DNA of 64,000 nt from the NCBI GenBank assembly GCA_964016885.1, contig OZ024741.1:10602001-10666000 (forward strand), given 5' to 3'. A model generated the notes under the pieces. That model was not told where the DNA came from, made no database searches, and was given only the letters and a program-made list of their open reading frames with translations. The position numbers and the translations under genes are program-made. Shown here piece by piece: positions 1 through 14,511 of the stretch. This stretch comes from Eledone cirrhosa (Eukaryota). Position 1 is the first letter of the stretch, and every line of letters starts with the position of its first letter.

Positions 1-500
1 TACACACATATACTGAGTTACATACACACAGCTACTTCGTTACATACACACAGATCTACTGAGTTACATACACACATCTACTGAGCTACATACACACATC
101 TACTGAGTTACATACACACAACTACTTAGTTACATACACACATCTACAGAGTTACATACACACAACTACTTAGTTACATACACACAACTACTGAGTTACA
201 TACACACAACTACTTAGTTACATACACACATCTACAGAGTTACATACACACACATCTACTACGTTACTTACACACACATCTACTGAGTTACGTACACACA
301 CATCTACTAAGATACATACACACACATCTACACAGTTACATACATATATCTAATGTGTTACAGACACACTTTTCTACTGAGTTACATATACACACATCTA
401 CTGTGTTACATACACACATATCTAGTGAGTTACATACACACTCATCTACTGAGTTACATATACACAGCTACTGTGTTACATACATACATCTACTGAGTTC
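1..500. repeat. Minisatellite, ~22-24 bp unit (CATACACACATCTACTGAGTTA)
   Basis: About 20 degenerate tandem copies; runs off the left edge of the window. Confidence 0.9.
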
Positions 501-526
501 CGTGATTTAAAAATTTTAGGAGAAAG

Positions 527-2425
527 TCACGACCTGGGTTAGTAGTCATTACCTCGGTTAGTAGTCCTTACCTGGCTTAGTAGTCTCGACCTGGATTAGT
601 AGTCAATACCTGGGTCAGTAGTTACTACCTGGGTTAGTAGTCAATACCTGGGTCAGTAGTCACGACCTGGGTTAGTAGTCACGACATGGGTTAGTAGTCA
701 CTCCCTGGATTACGTGTCATGACCTGGGTCAGTAGTCATGACTTGGGTTAGTAGTCACGACCTGGGGTAGTAGTCACGACCTGGGTTAGCAGTCACGACC
801 TGGGTCTGTAGTCACTACCTGGGTTAGCAGTCACGACCTGGGTTAGTAGTCCTACCTGGGTTAGTAGTCAGGACCTGGGTTAGTATTCACTACCTGGGTT
901 AGTTGTCACTACCAGGGTAAGTAGTCACGACCTAGGTTAGTAGTCCCTACCTGGGTTAGTAGTCACGACCTGGGTTACTAGACACAACCTGGGTTAGTAG
1001 TCACTAAATGGGTTAGTAGTCACGACCTGGTTTAGTATTCATGATCTGGGTTAGTAGTCACTACCTGGTTTAGTAGTCACGACTTGGATCAGTAGTCACT
1101 ACCTGGTTTAGTAGTCTTTACCTGGATCAGTAGTTACGACCTGGGTTAGTAGTCACTAGCTGGGTTAGTATACACTACCTGGGTTAGTAGTCACTACCTG
1201 GGTCAGTAGTCACTACCTGGGTTAGTAGTCACTACCTGGGTCAGTATTCACTACCTGGGTTAGTAGTCGTTAACTGGGTTAGTATTCACTACCTGGGTTA
1301 CTAGTCACGACCTGGGTTAGCAGTCACTACCTAGGTTATTAGTCATTACCTGGGTTAGTAGTTACTACCTGGGTTAGTAGTCACGAGCTGGTTTAGTAGT
1401 CACGACCTGGGTTTGTAGTCACTACCTGGCTTATTAGTCATTACCTCTGTTAGTAGTTACTATCTGGGTTAGTAGTCACGACCCCGGTTAGTAGGAACTA
1501 CCTGGATCAGTAATCATTACCTGGGTTATTAGTCATTACCTGGATTAGTATTACAACCTGGGTTAGTAGTCACTACCAGGATCAGTAGTCACTACCTGGG
1601 TTAGTAGTCACTACCTGGGTTACTAGTCACGACCTGGTTTATTAGTCACGACCTGGGTCAGTAGTCGCTACCTGGGTCAGTAGTCACTAGCTGGGTTAGT
1701 ATTTACTACCTGTGTTAGTTTTCACTACCTGGGTTAGTAGTCACTAGCTGGGTTAGTATTTACTACCTGTGTTAGTTTTCACTACCTGGGTCAGTAGTCA
1801 CTAGCTGGGTTAGTATTTACTACCTGTGCTAGTTTTCACTACCTGGGTTAGTAGTCACTAGCTGGGTTAGTATTTACTACCTGTGTTAGTTTTCACTACC
1901 TGGGTTAGTAGTCACTAGCTGGGTTAGTATTTACTACCTGTGTTAGTTTTCACTACCTGGGTTAGTAGTCACGACCTGGGTCAGTATTCACTACCTGGGT
2001 TAGTAGTCACGACCCGGGTTAGTAGTCATTAACTGGGTTAGTATTCACGACCTGGGTTAGTAGTCCCGGCCTGGGTTAGTAGTCACTAGCTGGGTTAGTA
2101 TTCACGACCTGGGTTAGTAGTCACGATCTGGGTTAGTAGTCATTACCTGGGTTAGAAGTAAACGACCTGGGTTAGTAGTCACTAGCTGGGTTAGTAGTCA
2201 CTACCTGGGTTAGTAGTCACGACCTGGGTTAGTAGTCACGCCCTGGGTTAGTATTCACTACCTGGGTTACTAGACACGACCTGGTTTAGTAGTGACTACC
2301 TTGGTTAGCAGCCACGACCTGGGTTAGTAGTCACTACCTGGGTTAGTAGTAAACGACCTGGGTTAGTAGTCACTATCTGGGTTAGTAGTCGTTACCTGGT
2401 TTACTATTCACTACCTGGGTTAGTT
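527..2425. repeat. Minisatellite, 20-bp unit (ACCTGGGTTAGTAGTCACG/T type)
   Basis: About 95 tandem copies with 20-bp period; a 60-bp (3x20) higher-order block is repeated about 5 times at ~1680-1965. Confidence 0.95.
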
Positions 2426-5400
2426 ACACCAATCTACATCGCACCAAGCTATTGATCTGGGTGTGAAAAGTTTTCTTCCCGTTTCTTTTTTTTTTTTGTT
2501 TGTGTGCTTAACACCCAATCTGACATTAAAGGTGCTCCCAATTGACTATTTTTTTTCCACTTATCAATAATTATGACATGGAAACCTGATGAAAATGACT
2601 AGCTTTGTAGAAAAAAGAGGGAGAATGTGGGTGGAAATACCATTTACAAAGCTAGCCATTTTTTATTGCAGCGGAAGTCATATTTTTTGTTAATATGTTA
2701 AAAGCATAGTCCACTGTGAGCATCTTGTAAGTTGATAGCACATGCAAAAATGAAGGAAATATTTTTTTTCTAACATAAATCAAAGTGGAAATTTAAATCC
2801 TCACTTATAACAAAGCACACCACAGCACATTAATCTACCCCAATTCACACCATATACTTCTCTATATGGTAAATTTATTACAGAACACCTACTACCATTT
2901 ACATCACACCATGGTATGGAGATCAATGTGACAAATTTTCTACCGTCTTTTTATTTTTGGGGGTAACCACCTCAAACTAACATCAAAGGTGCTTGCAAAT
3001 GACTATTTTCCCACACATTATCATTGAATATGACATGGGAATCTATCGTTTACAATTGGTTTCCATTTCATAACTTCACGAAACCAAACCAAACCACACC
3101 AAACCAAGATACACCATACTACATCACACCAAGCTATTGATCTTGGTGTGAAACATTTTCTTCCCGTTTCCTTTTTTTTTTTGTGTGTGTGCTTACCACC
3201 CAATCTGACATTAAAGGTGCTCCCAATTGACTATTTTTTTTTCCACTTATCAATAATTGTGACATGGAAACCTATCGAAAATTACTATCTTTGTAGAAAC
3301 TTCACCAAACCACACCATACTACATCACACCAAGATATTGCTTTTGGCGTGACAAATTTTCAACTGGCATTTAAAAATTTTTTTTTAATTTTGATTTTGT
3401 GCTTAATTTGACATAAAAGGGGCTCGCAAATTACTATTTTATGCACATATTATTAATGGTTATGACATGGAAACCTGATGAAAATGACTAGCTTTGTAGA
3501 AAAAAGAGGGAGGATGTGGGTGGAAATACCATTTACAAAGCTAGCCATTTTTTATTGCAGCGGAAGTCATATTTTTTGTTAATATGTTAAAAGCATGGTC
3601 CATTGCGAGCATCTTGGAAGTTGATAGCATATGCAAAAATGAAGGAAACATTTTTTTTCTAATATAAATCAAAGTGGAAATTTAAATCCTCACTTATAAC
3701 AAAGCACACCACAGAACATTAATCTACCCCAATCCACACCATAAATTCACGATAACCATACTTCACTATATGGTAAATTTATTACAGAACACCATGGTAT
3801 GGAGATCAATGTGACAAGTTTGCTACCTGCTTTATTTTTTTTTTTTTGTGGTTACCACCTCAAACTAACATCAAAGGTGCTTGCAAATGACTATTTTCCC
3901 ACACATTATCAGTGAATATGACATGGGAATCTATCGTTTACAATTGGTTTCCATTTCATAACTTCACTAAACCAAACCAAACCACACCATACCAAGTTAC
4001 ACCATACTACATCGCACCAAGCTATTGACCTTGGTGTGAAACATTTTTTTCCCGTTTCCTTTTTTTGTTTTCTGTGTGCTTACCACCCAATCTGACATTA
4101 AAGGTGCTCCCAATTTACTTTTTTTTTTCACATATCAATAATTATGAAACGCAAACCTGTCGAAAATGACTATCTTTGTAGAAACTTCACCAAACTACAC
4201 CATACTAGATCACACCAAGTTATTGATTTTGGTGTGACAAATTTTCATCTGGCATTTTTTCTTTTTCCTTTTTTTTGTGCTTACCACCCAATTTGACATA
4301 AAAGGAGCTCGCAAATTACTATTTTATGCACATATTATCAATGGTTATTACATGGAAACCTGATGAAAATGACTAGCTTTGTAGAAAAAAGAGGAAGGAT
4401 GTGGGTGGAAATACCATTTACAAAGCTAGTCATTTTTTATTGCAGTGGAAGTCATATTTTTTGTTAATATGTTAAAAGCATAGTCCACTGCGAGCATCTT
4501 GGAAGTTGATAGCACATGCAAAAATGAAGGAAAAATGTTTTTTCTAACATAAATCAAAGTGGAAATTTAAACCCTCACTTATAACAAAGCACACCACAGC
4601 ACATTAATCTACCCCAATTCACACCATATACTTCTCTATATGGTAAATTTATTACAGAACACCTACTACCATTTACATCACACCATGGTATGGAGATCAA
4701 TGTGACAAATTTTCTACCGTCTTTTTATTTTTGGGGGTAACCACCTCAAACTAACATCAAAGGTGCTTGCAAATGACTATTTTCCCACACATTATCATTG
4801 AATATGACATGGGAATCTATCGTTTACAATTGGTTTCCATTTCATAACTTCACGAAACCAAACCAAACCACACCAAACCAAGATACACCATACTACATCA
4901 CACCAAGCTATTGATCTTGGTGTGAAACATTTTCTTCCCGTTTCCTTTTTTTTTTGTGTGTGTGCTTACCACCCAATCTGACATTAAAGGTGCTCCCAAT
5001 TGACTATTTTTTTTTCCACTTATCAATAATTGTGACATGGAAACCTATCGAAAATTACTATCTTTGTAGAAACTTCACCAAACCACACCATACTACATCA
5101 CACCAAGATATTGCATTTGGTGTGACAAATTTTCAACTGGCATTTAAAAATTTTTTTTTAATTTTGATTTTGTGCTTAATTTGACATAAAAGGGGCTCGC
5201 AAATTACTATTTTATGCACATATTATTAATGGTTATGACATGGAAACCTGATGAAAATGACTAGCTTTGTAGAAAAAAGAGGGAGGATGTGGGTGGAAAT
5301 ACCATTTACAAAGCTAGCCATTTTTTATTGCAGCGGAATTCATATTTTTTGTTAATATGTTAAAAGCATGGTCCATTGCGAGCATCTTGGAAGTTGATAG

Positions 5401-8400
5401 CATATGCAAAAATGAAGGAAACATTTTTTTTCTAATATAAATCAAAGTGGAAATTTAAATCCTCACTTATAACAAAGCACACCACAGAACATTAATCTAC
5501 CCCAATCCACACCATAAATTCACGATAACCATACTTCACTATATGGTAAATTTATTACAGAACACCATGGTATGGAGATCAATGTGACAAGTTTGCTACC
5601 TGCTTTATTTTTTTTTTTTTGTGGTTACCACCTCAAACTAACATCAAAGGTGCTTGCAAATGACTATTTTCCCACACATTATCAGTGAATATGACATGGG
5701 AATCTATCGTTTACAATTGGTTTCCATTTCATAACTTCACTAAACCAAACCAAACCACACCATACCAAGTTACACCATACTACATCGCACCAAGCTATTG
5801 ACCTTGGTGTGAAACATTTTTTTCCCGTTTCCTTTTTTTGTTTTCTGTGTGCTTACCACCCAATCTGACATTAAAGGTGCTCCCAATTTACTTTTTTTTT
5901 TCACATATCAATAATTATGAAACGCAAACCTGTCGAAAATGACTATCTTTGTAGAAACTTCACCAAACTACACCATACTAGATCACACCAAGTTATTGAT
6001 TTTGGTGTGACAAATTTTCATCTGACATTTTTTCTTTTTCCTTTTTTTTGTGCTTACCACCCAATTTGACATAAAAGGAGCTCGCAAATTACTATTTTAT
6101 GCACATATTATCAATGGTTATTACATGGAAACCTGATGAAAATGACTAGCTTTGTAGAAAAAAGAGGAAGGATGTGGGTGGAAATACCATTTACAAAGCT
6201 AGTCATTTTTTATTGCAGTGGAAGTCATATTTTTTGTTAATATGTTAAAAGCATAGTCCACTGCGAGCATCTTGGAAGTTGATAGCACATGCAAAAATGA
6301 AGGAAAAATGTTTTTTCTAACATAAATCAAAGTGGAAATTTAAACCCTCACTTATAACAAAGCACACCACAGCACATTAATCTACCCCAATCCACACCAT
6401 ATACTTCACTATATGGTAAATTTATTACAGAACATCTACTACCATTTACATCACACCATGGTATGGAGATCAATGTGACAAATTTGCTACCTGCTTTTTT
6501 TTTTTTTGTGGTTACCACCTCAAACTAACATCAAAGGTGCTTGCAAATGACTATTTTCCCACACATTATCAATGAATATGACATGGGAATCTATCGTTTA
6601 CAATTGGTTTCCATTTCATAACTTCACAAAACCAAACCAAACCACACCAAACCAAGATACACCATACTACATCACACCAAGCTATTGATCTTGGTGTGAA
6701 ACATTTTCTTCCCGTTTCCTTTTTTTTTGTGTGTGTGTGCTTACCACCCAATCTGACATTAAAGGTGCTCCCAATTGACTATTTTTTTTTCCACTTATCA
6801 ATAATCGTGACATGGAAACCTGTCGAAAATTACTATCTTTGTAGAAATTCACCAAACCACACCATACTACATCACACCAAAATATTGCTTTTGGTGTGAC
6901 AAATTTTCAACTGGCATTTAAAAAATTTTTTTTTATTTTGATTTTGTGCTTAATTTGACATAAAAGGTGCTCGCAAATTACTATTTTATGCACATATTAT
7001 TAATGGTTATGACATGGAAACCTGATGAAAATGACTAGGAGGATGTGGGTGGCAATACCATTTACAAAGCTAGCCATTTTTTATTGCAGCGGAAGTCATA
7101 TTTTTTGTTAATATGTTAAAAGCATAGTCCACTGCGAGCATCTTGGAAGTTGATAGCATATGCAAAAATGAAGGAAACATTTTTTTTCTAATATAAATCA
7201 AAGTGGAAATTTAAATCCTCACTTATAACAAAGCACACCACAGCACATTAATCTACCCCAATCCACACCATAAATTCACGATAACCATACTTCACTATAT
7301 GGTAAATTTATTACAGAACACCATGGTATGGAGATCAATGTGACAAGTTTGCTACCTGCTTTATTTTTTTTTTTTGTGGTTACCACCTCAAACTAACATC
7401 AAAGGTGCTTGCAAATGACTATTTTCCCACACATTATCAGTGAATATGACATGGGAATCTATCGTTTACAATTGGTTTCCATTTCATAACTTCACTAAAC
7501 CAAACCAAACCACACCATACCAAGTTACACCATACTACATCGCACCAAGCTATTGACCTTGGTGTGAAACATTTTTTTCCCGTTTCCTTTTTTTTTGTGT
7601 GTGTGTGCTTACCACCCAATCTGACATTAAAGGTGCTCCCAATTGACTATTTTTTTTCACATATCAATAATTATGAAACGCAAACCTGTCGAAAATGACT
7701 ATCTTTGTAGAAACTTCACCAAACTACACCATACTAGATCACACCAAGTTATTGATTTTGGTGTGACAAATTTTCATCTGGCATTTTTTCTTTTTCCTTT
7801 TTTTTGTGCTTACCACCCAATTTGACATAAAAGGAGCTCGCAAATTACTATTTTATGCACATATTATCAATGGTTATTACATGGAAACCTGATGAAAATG
7901 ACTAGCTTTGTAGAAAAAAGAGGAAGGATGTGGGTGGAAATACCATTTACAAAGCTAGTCATTTTTTATTGCAGTGGAAGTCATATTTTTTGTTAATATG
8001 TTAAAAGCATAGTCCACTGCGAGCATCTTGGAAGTTGATAGCACATGCAAAAATGAAGGAAAAATGTTTTTTCTAACATAAATCAAAGTGGAAATTTAAA
8101 CCCTCACTTATAACAAAGCACACCACAGCACATTAATCTACCCCAATCCACACCATATACTTCACTATATGGTAAATTTATTACAGAACATCTACTACCA
8201 TTTACATCACACCATGGTATGGAGATCAATGTGACAAATTTGCTACCTGCTTTTTTTTTTTTTGTGGTTACCACCTCAAACTAACATCAAAGGTGCTTGC
8301 AAATGACTATTTTCCCACACATTATCAATGAATATGACATGGGAATCTATCGTTTACAATTGGTTTCCATTTCATAACTTCACAAAACCAAACCAAACCA

Positions 8401-11400
8401 CACCAAACCAAGATACACCATACTACATCACACCAAGCTATTGATCTTGGTGTGAAACATTTTCTTCCCGTTTCCTTTTTTTTTGTGTGTGTGTGCTTAC
8501 CACCCAATCTGACATTAAAGGTGCTCCCAATTGACTATTTTTTTTTCCACTTATCAATAATCGTGACATGGAAACCTGTCGAAAATTACTATCTTTGTAG
8601 AAATTCACCAAACCACACCATACTACATCACACCAAAATATTGCTTTTGGTGTGACAAATTTTCAACTGGCATTTAAAAAATTTTTTTTTTATTTTGATT
8701 TTGTGCTTAATTTGACATAAAAGGTGCTCGCAAATTACTATTTTATGCACATATTATTAATGGTTATGTCATGGAAACCTGATGAAAATGACTAGGAGGA
8801 TGTGGGTGGCAATACCATTTACAAAGCTAGCCATTTTTTATTGCAGCGGAAGTCATATTTTTTGTTAATATGTTAAAAGCATAGTCCACTGCGAGCATCT
8901 TGGAAGTTGATAGCATATGCAAAAATGAAGGAAACATTTTTTTTCTAATATAAATCAAAGTGGAAATTTAAATCCTCACTTATAACAAAGCACACCACAG
9001 CACATTAATCTACCCCAATCCACACCATAAATTCACGATAACCATACTTCACTATATGGTAAATTTATTACAGAACACCATGGTATGGAGATCAATGTGA
9101 CAAGTTTGCTACCTGCTTTATTTTTTTTTTTTTTGTGGTTACCACCTCAAACTAACATCAAAGGTGCTTGCAAATGACTATTTTCCCACACATTATCAGT
9201 GAATATGACATGGGAATCTATCGTTTACAATTGGTTTCCATTTCATAACTTCACTAAACCAAACCAAACCACACCATACCAAGTTACACCATACTACATC
9301 GCACCAAGCTATTGACCTTGGTGTGAAACATTTTTTTCCCGTTTCCTTTTTTTGTTTTCTGTGTGCTTACCACCCAATCTGACATTAAAGGTGCTCCCAA
9401 TTTACTTTTTTTTTTCACATATCAATAATTATGAAATGCAAACCTGTCGAAAATGACTATCTTTGTAGAAACTTCACCAAACTACACCATACTAGATCAC
9501 ACCAAGTTATTGATTTTGGTGTGACAAATTTTCATCTGGCATTTTTTCTTTTTCCTTTTTTTTGTGCTTACCACCCAATTTGACATAAAAGGAGCTCGCA
9601 AATTACTATTTTATGCACATATTATCAATGGTTATTACATGGAAACCTGATGAAAATGACTAGCTTTGTAGAAAAAAGAGGAAGGATGTGGGTGGAAATA
9701 CCATTTACAAAGCTAGTCATTTTTTATTGCAGTGGAAGTCATATTTTTTGTTAATATGTTAAAAGCATAGTCCACTGCGAGCATCTTGGAAGTTGATAGC
9801 ACATGCAAAAATGAAGGAAAAATGTTTTTTCTAACATAAATCAAAGTGGAAATTTAAACCCTCACTTATAACAAAGCACACCACAGCACATTAATCTACC
9901 CCAATCCACACCATATACTTCACTATATGGTAAATTTATTACAGAACATCTACTACCATTTACATCACACCATGGTATGGAGATCAATGTGACAAATTTG
10001 CTACCTGCTTTTTTTTTTTTTGTGGTTACCACCTCAAACTAACATCAAAGGTGCTTGCAAATGACTATTTTCCCACACATTATCAATGAATATGACATGG
10101 GAATCTATCGTTTACAATTGGTTTCCATTTCATAACTTCACAAAACCAAACCAAACCACACCAAACCAAGATACACCATACTACATCACACCAAGCTATT
10201 GATCTTGGTGTGAAACATTTTCTTCCCGTTTCCTTTTTTTTTGTGTGTGTGTGCTTACCACCCAATCTGACATTAAAGGTGCTCCCAATTGACTATTTTT
10301 TTTTCCACTTATCAATAATCGTGACATGGAAACCTGTCGAAAATTACTATCTTTGTAGAAATTCACCAAACCACACCATACTACATCACACCAAAATATT
10401 GCTTTTGGTGTGACAAATTTTCAACTGGCATTTAAAAAATTTTTTTTTTATTTTGATTTTGTGCTTAATTTGACATAAAAGGTGCTCGCAAATTACTATT
10501 TTATGCACATATTATTAATGGTTATGACATGGAAACCTGATGAAAATGACTAGGAGGATGTGGGTGGCAATACCATTTACAAAGCTAGCCATTTTTTATT
10601 GCAGCGGAAGTCATATTTTTTGTTAATATGTTAAAAGCATAGTCCACTGCGAGCATCTTGGAAGTTGATAGCATATGCAAAAATGAAGGAAACATTTTTT
10701 TTCTAATATAAATCAAAGTGGAAATTTAAATCCTCACTTATAACAAAGCACACCACAGCACATTAATCTACCCCAATCCACACCATAAATTCACGATAAC
10801 CATACTTCACTATATGGTAAATTTATTACAGAACACCATGGTATGGAGATCAATGTGACAAGTTTGCTACCTGCTTTATTTTTTTTTTTTTTGTGGTTAC
10901 CACCTCAAACTAACATCAAAGGTGCTTGCAAATGACTATTTTCCCACACATTATCAGTGAATATGACATGGGAATCTATCGTTTACAATTGGTTTCCATT
11001 TCATAACTTCACTAAACCAAACCAAACCACACCATACCAAGTTACACCATACTACATCGCACCAAGCTATTGACCTTGGTGTGAAACATTTTTTTCCCGT
11101 TTCCTTTTTTTGTTTTCTGTGTGCTTACCACCCAATCTGACATTAAAGGTGCTCCCAATTTACTTTTTTTTTTCACATATCAATAATTATGAAACGCAAA
11201 CCTGTCGAAAATGACTATCTTTGTAGAAACTTCACCAAACTACACCATACTAGATCACACCAAGTTATTGATTTTGGTGTGACAAATTTTCATCTGGCAT
11301 TTTTTCTTTTTCCTTTTTTTTGTGCTTACCACCCAATTTGACATAAAAGGAGCTCGCAAATTACTATTTTATGCACATATTATCAATGGTTATTACATGG

Positions 11401-12604
11401 AAACCTGATGAAAATGACTAGCTTTGTAGAAAAAAGAGGAAGGATGTGGGTGGAAATACCATTTACAAAGCTAGTCATTTTTTATTGCAGTGGAAGTCAT
11501 ATTTTTTGTTAATATGTTAAAAGCATAGTCCACTGCGAGCATCTTGGAAGTTGATAGCACATGCAAAAATGAAGGAAAAATGTTTTTTCTAACATAAATC
11601 AAAGTGGAAATTTAAACCCTCACTTATAACAAAGCACACCACAGCACATTAATCTACCCCAATCCACACCATATACTTCACTATATGGTAAATTTATTAC
11701 AGAACATCTACTACCATTTACATCACACCATGGTATGGAGATCAATGTGACAAATTTGCTACCTGCTTTTTTTTTTTTTGTGGTTACCACCTCAAACTAA
11801 CATCAAAGGTGCTTGCAAATGACTATTTTCCCACACATTATCAATGAATATGACATGGGAATCTATCGTTTACAATTGGTTTCCATTTCATAACTTCACG
11901 AAACCAAACCAAACCACACCAAACCAAGATACACCATACTACATCACACCAAGCTATTGATCTTGGTGTGAAACATTTTCTTCCTATTTCCTTTTTTTTT
12001 TTGTGTGTGTGTGTTTACCACCCAATCTGACATTAAAGGTGCTCCCAATTGACTATTTCTTTTCCACTTATCAATAATTATGACATGGAACCCTGTCGAA
12101 AATGACTATCTTTGTAGAAACTTCACCAAACCACACCATACTACATCACACCAAGATATTGATTTTGGTGTGACAAATTTTTTTTTATTTTTGTAATTTT
12201 TATTTTGTGCTTAATTTGACATCAAAGGTGCTCGCAAATTACTATTTTATGCACATATTATTAATGGTTATGACATGGAAACCTGATGAAAATGACTAGC
12301 TTTATAGAAAAAAGAGGGAGGATATGAGTGGAAATACCCTTTACAAAGCTAGCTATTTTTTATTGCAGCGGAAGTCATATTTTTGTTAATATGTTAAAAG
12401 CATAGTCCATAGTTGTGGTTACCATCTCAAACTAACATCAAAGGTGCTTGCAAATGACTATTTTCCCACACATTATCAATGAATATGACATGGGAATCTA
12501 TCGTTTACAATTGGTTTCCATTTCATAACTTCACCAAACCAAACCAAACCACACCATACCAAGTTACACCATACTACATCGCACCAAGCTATTGATCTTG
12601 GTGT
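2425..12604. repeat. Satellite array, ~870-890 bp monomer, alternating A/B monomers forming a ~1.76-1.77 kb higher-order dimer
   Basis: Anchor GTGAAACATTTT recurs at ~3148, 4036, 4922, 5808, 6696, 7564, 8452, 9323, 10210, 11081 and 11969. Identical spurious ORFs recur at 6569, 8325 and 10083. About 11.5 monomers. Confidence 0.95.
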
Positions 12605-13681
12605 CTGCTCAGCCTGGGTTGTTCCCTATGGCTTGAGGGGACTTCACAACCTAGGGTGTTGTTACTATTATTTTGCCAACATCTATATAACACAAACACA
12701 TTTTAATTTACTTGATTTCTGATTTTCAAGTTCCAATTTTAAATCTTGATTTCTCTTTATTAATTTGTTATTTGTTTTCTCCCCTCTTCACTGTATCACC
12801 TTATATTTATTTTTAAGTTGAGATTGATTATAACACAAACACATTTTGTTTGATTATCTTATTTTAACATCTTTAATCCTCATACCAACTATCCAACATA
12901 TTTCTGACCTTGAGATTGGTTATAGCACACACACACTTTATCCTACTTTATTTGAATCTTCATTTTATTTTTCACTTCTCCATATTCATTTTCATTACTT
13001 TTTCACCAATTTTTCTTTATTCTTTATTCTTTATTCTCTATTTATTATTTATTTTCAAATTATACAAATTATATTATTTATTTTCTGTTTTCTTCATTTA
13101 TTGCCTTATATTTCTTCATATACATGGAAGAACTCACCCCCCCCCCCACCACCACCACCACTATGAGAGATGGTGGCAGGAGGGATGAAGAAAAAACACA
13201 CACTGGATACTTCTAAATTGTCAGCAGCAGCAAGACATAAGCTGACCACAACACCAACAACACTACCAAAATAATGGTAGAGGTCAAATGTACTTAACAA
13301 TAGCAAACACAAACACTACAGGGAGCCTCACCCCAGAAAGAATTCTATAGACTTCTGACTGAGGAATGCTCTCAGAACTGACCAATGGGAAGTTTGACAC
13401 TTTTTTTGTTATTTTGTTCCTTTAACACCTTGTCTCTTCTACCACTTTATCAATTTTTTAAGCTAACTCCAACAATAACAACACTTAGAATGAGGAATGT
13501 TCTAACAACTGACCAATGAGAGGAGAAGAGGCCCTTTGACACTGAAATTCGTTTGTTTGAATTCATATGATTCCAGTTCCTCAGTGAAATAACAACCCAA
13601 CCAGGAACTGGGCATATCAGAGTATTGACAAAATTATACACCTCAACAACATATGTACTTGTCTATACCACACTAATTCAG

Positions 13682-13736
13682 ACTGCCTGAAGAGGTCACA
13701 GCCAAAGATGGCTGTCACTGAAATATATATAGCAGT
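13682..13736 (+). ncRNA. Minimal type-I hammerhead ribozyme motif (PLE pseudo-LTR type)
   Basis: ACTGC-CTGAAGA-GGTCACAGCC(AAAGAT)GGCTGTCACT-GAAA-TATATATA-GCAGT. Stem I ACTGC/GCAGT, intact core, palindromic stem III with AUA site, immediately followed by AATAAA (13737-13742). Confidence 0.8.
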
Positions 13737-14121
13737 AATAAACGAAGCTAAATTTTAAACATTTGACTTTTTATTTAACTTTATTTTACATTACTCCGGA
13801 GTAACCAAACCAACCTGCGCACTTCGTCGAGTGCTCCAGCCTGCATACTGAGATGTTGGTATACAACCATCATATACTCAAAATCTCTCTATATATATAT
13901 TTAATAATTGTCTATAATAGACAATTATTAACTATATAAATAAATAAATAAATAAATGCCATTGTTAATTAACAAATTTAATTAACTAATACCTTAACAC
14001 TTCACACAAAGTAAAATATTTTGTTTTAAACATTTTCTAACCCAGAAAAAAGAGAAGAAAATAAAAGGAAAAAAAAAAATTTTTCTTCCTAATAATCGTC
14101 TTTTTCTCCCTATTTTCATAC

Positions 14122-14202
<81 letters not shown>

Positions 14203-14205
<3 letters not shown>

Positions 14206-14396
14206 CGGGGGAAATGTGGTAAGGAACCAGGTGGACCGTAACGCACCAAAGTACTCAATACTTAGGGTAGTAGAGTGGGTAATAGGAACGAGTAGGACCC
14301 CGACGGCTGAGCTCAAGCCGTTTCGACGGCTAATTCTGGACGTCCAGAATTAGCCGTCGAAACGGCTTGAGCTCAGCCGTCGGGGTCCTACTCGTT

Positions 14397-14401
<5 letters not shown>
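14203..14401 (-). mobile_element. Short (TA)n-embedded element end with a 120-bp perfect palindrome and the 3' half of a hammerhead
   Basis: 14282-14401 is a zero-spacer palindrome centred on GGAC|GTCC. It contains GAAAC-GGCT-TGAGCTC-AGCC-GTC (HHR stem III with GUC site). Homologous copy at 61431-61600. Confidence 0.65.
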
Positions 14402-14443
<42 letters not shown>

Positions 14444-14473
14444 ACTTGTGTGCTCCTTCTCCACATTTTATAA

Positions 14474-14507
<34 letters not shown>

Positions 14508-14511
<4 letters not shown>

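Noticed and set aside
527-2425. CRISPR array or true telomere
   Set aside because: No unique spacers, eukaryotic context, and no tandem TTAGGG hexamers.
3470-3515. CTGATGA...GAAA in each satellite monomer as a hammerhead
   Set aside because: No stem II, stem III/NUH or stem I can be formed; it is a variant of the subrepeat motif CCTGTCGAAAATGAC.
3021-10413. Recurrent 60-87 aa ORFs in the satellite
   Set aside because: They appear and disappear with homopolymer length changes and have no recognisable domain.
12846-13641. Short hydrophobic ORFs upstream of the 13.7-kb hammerhead
   Set aside because: Low-complexity T-rich sequence; more likely the non-coding body of a PLE-derived element.
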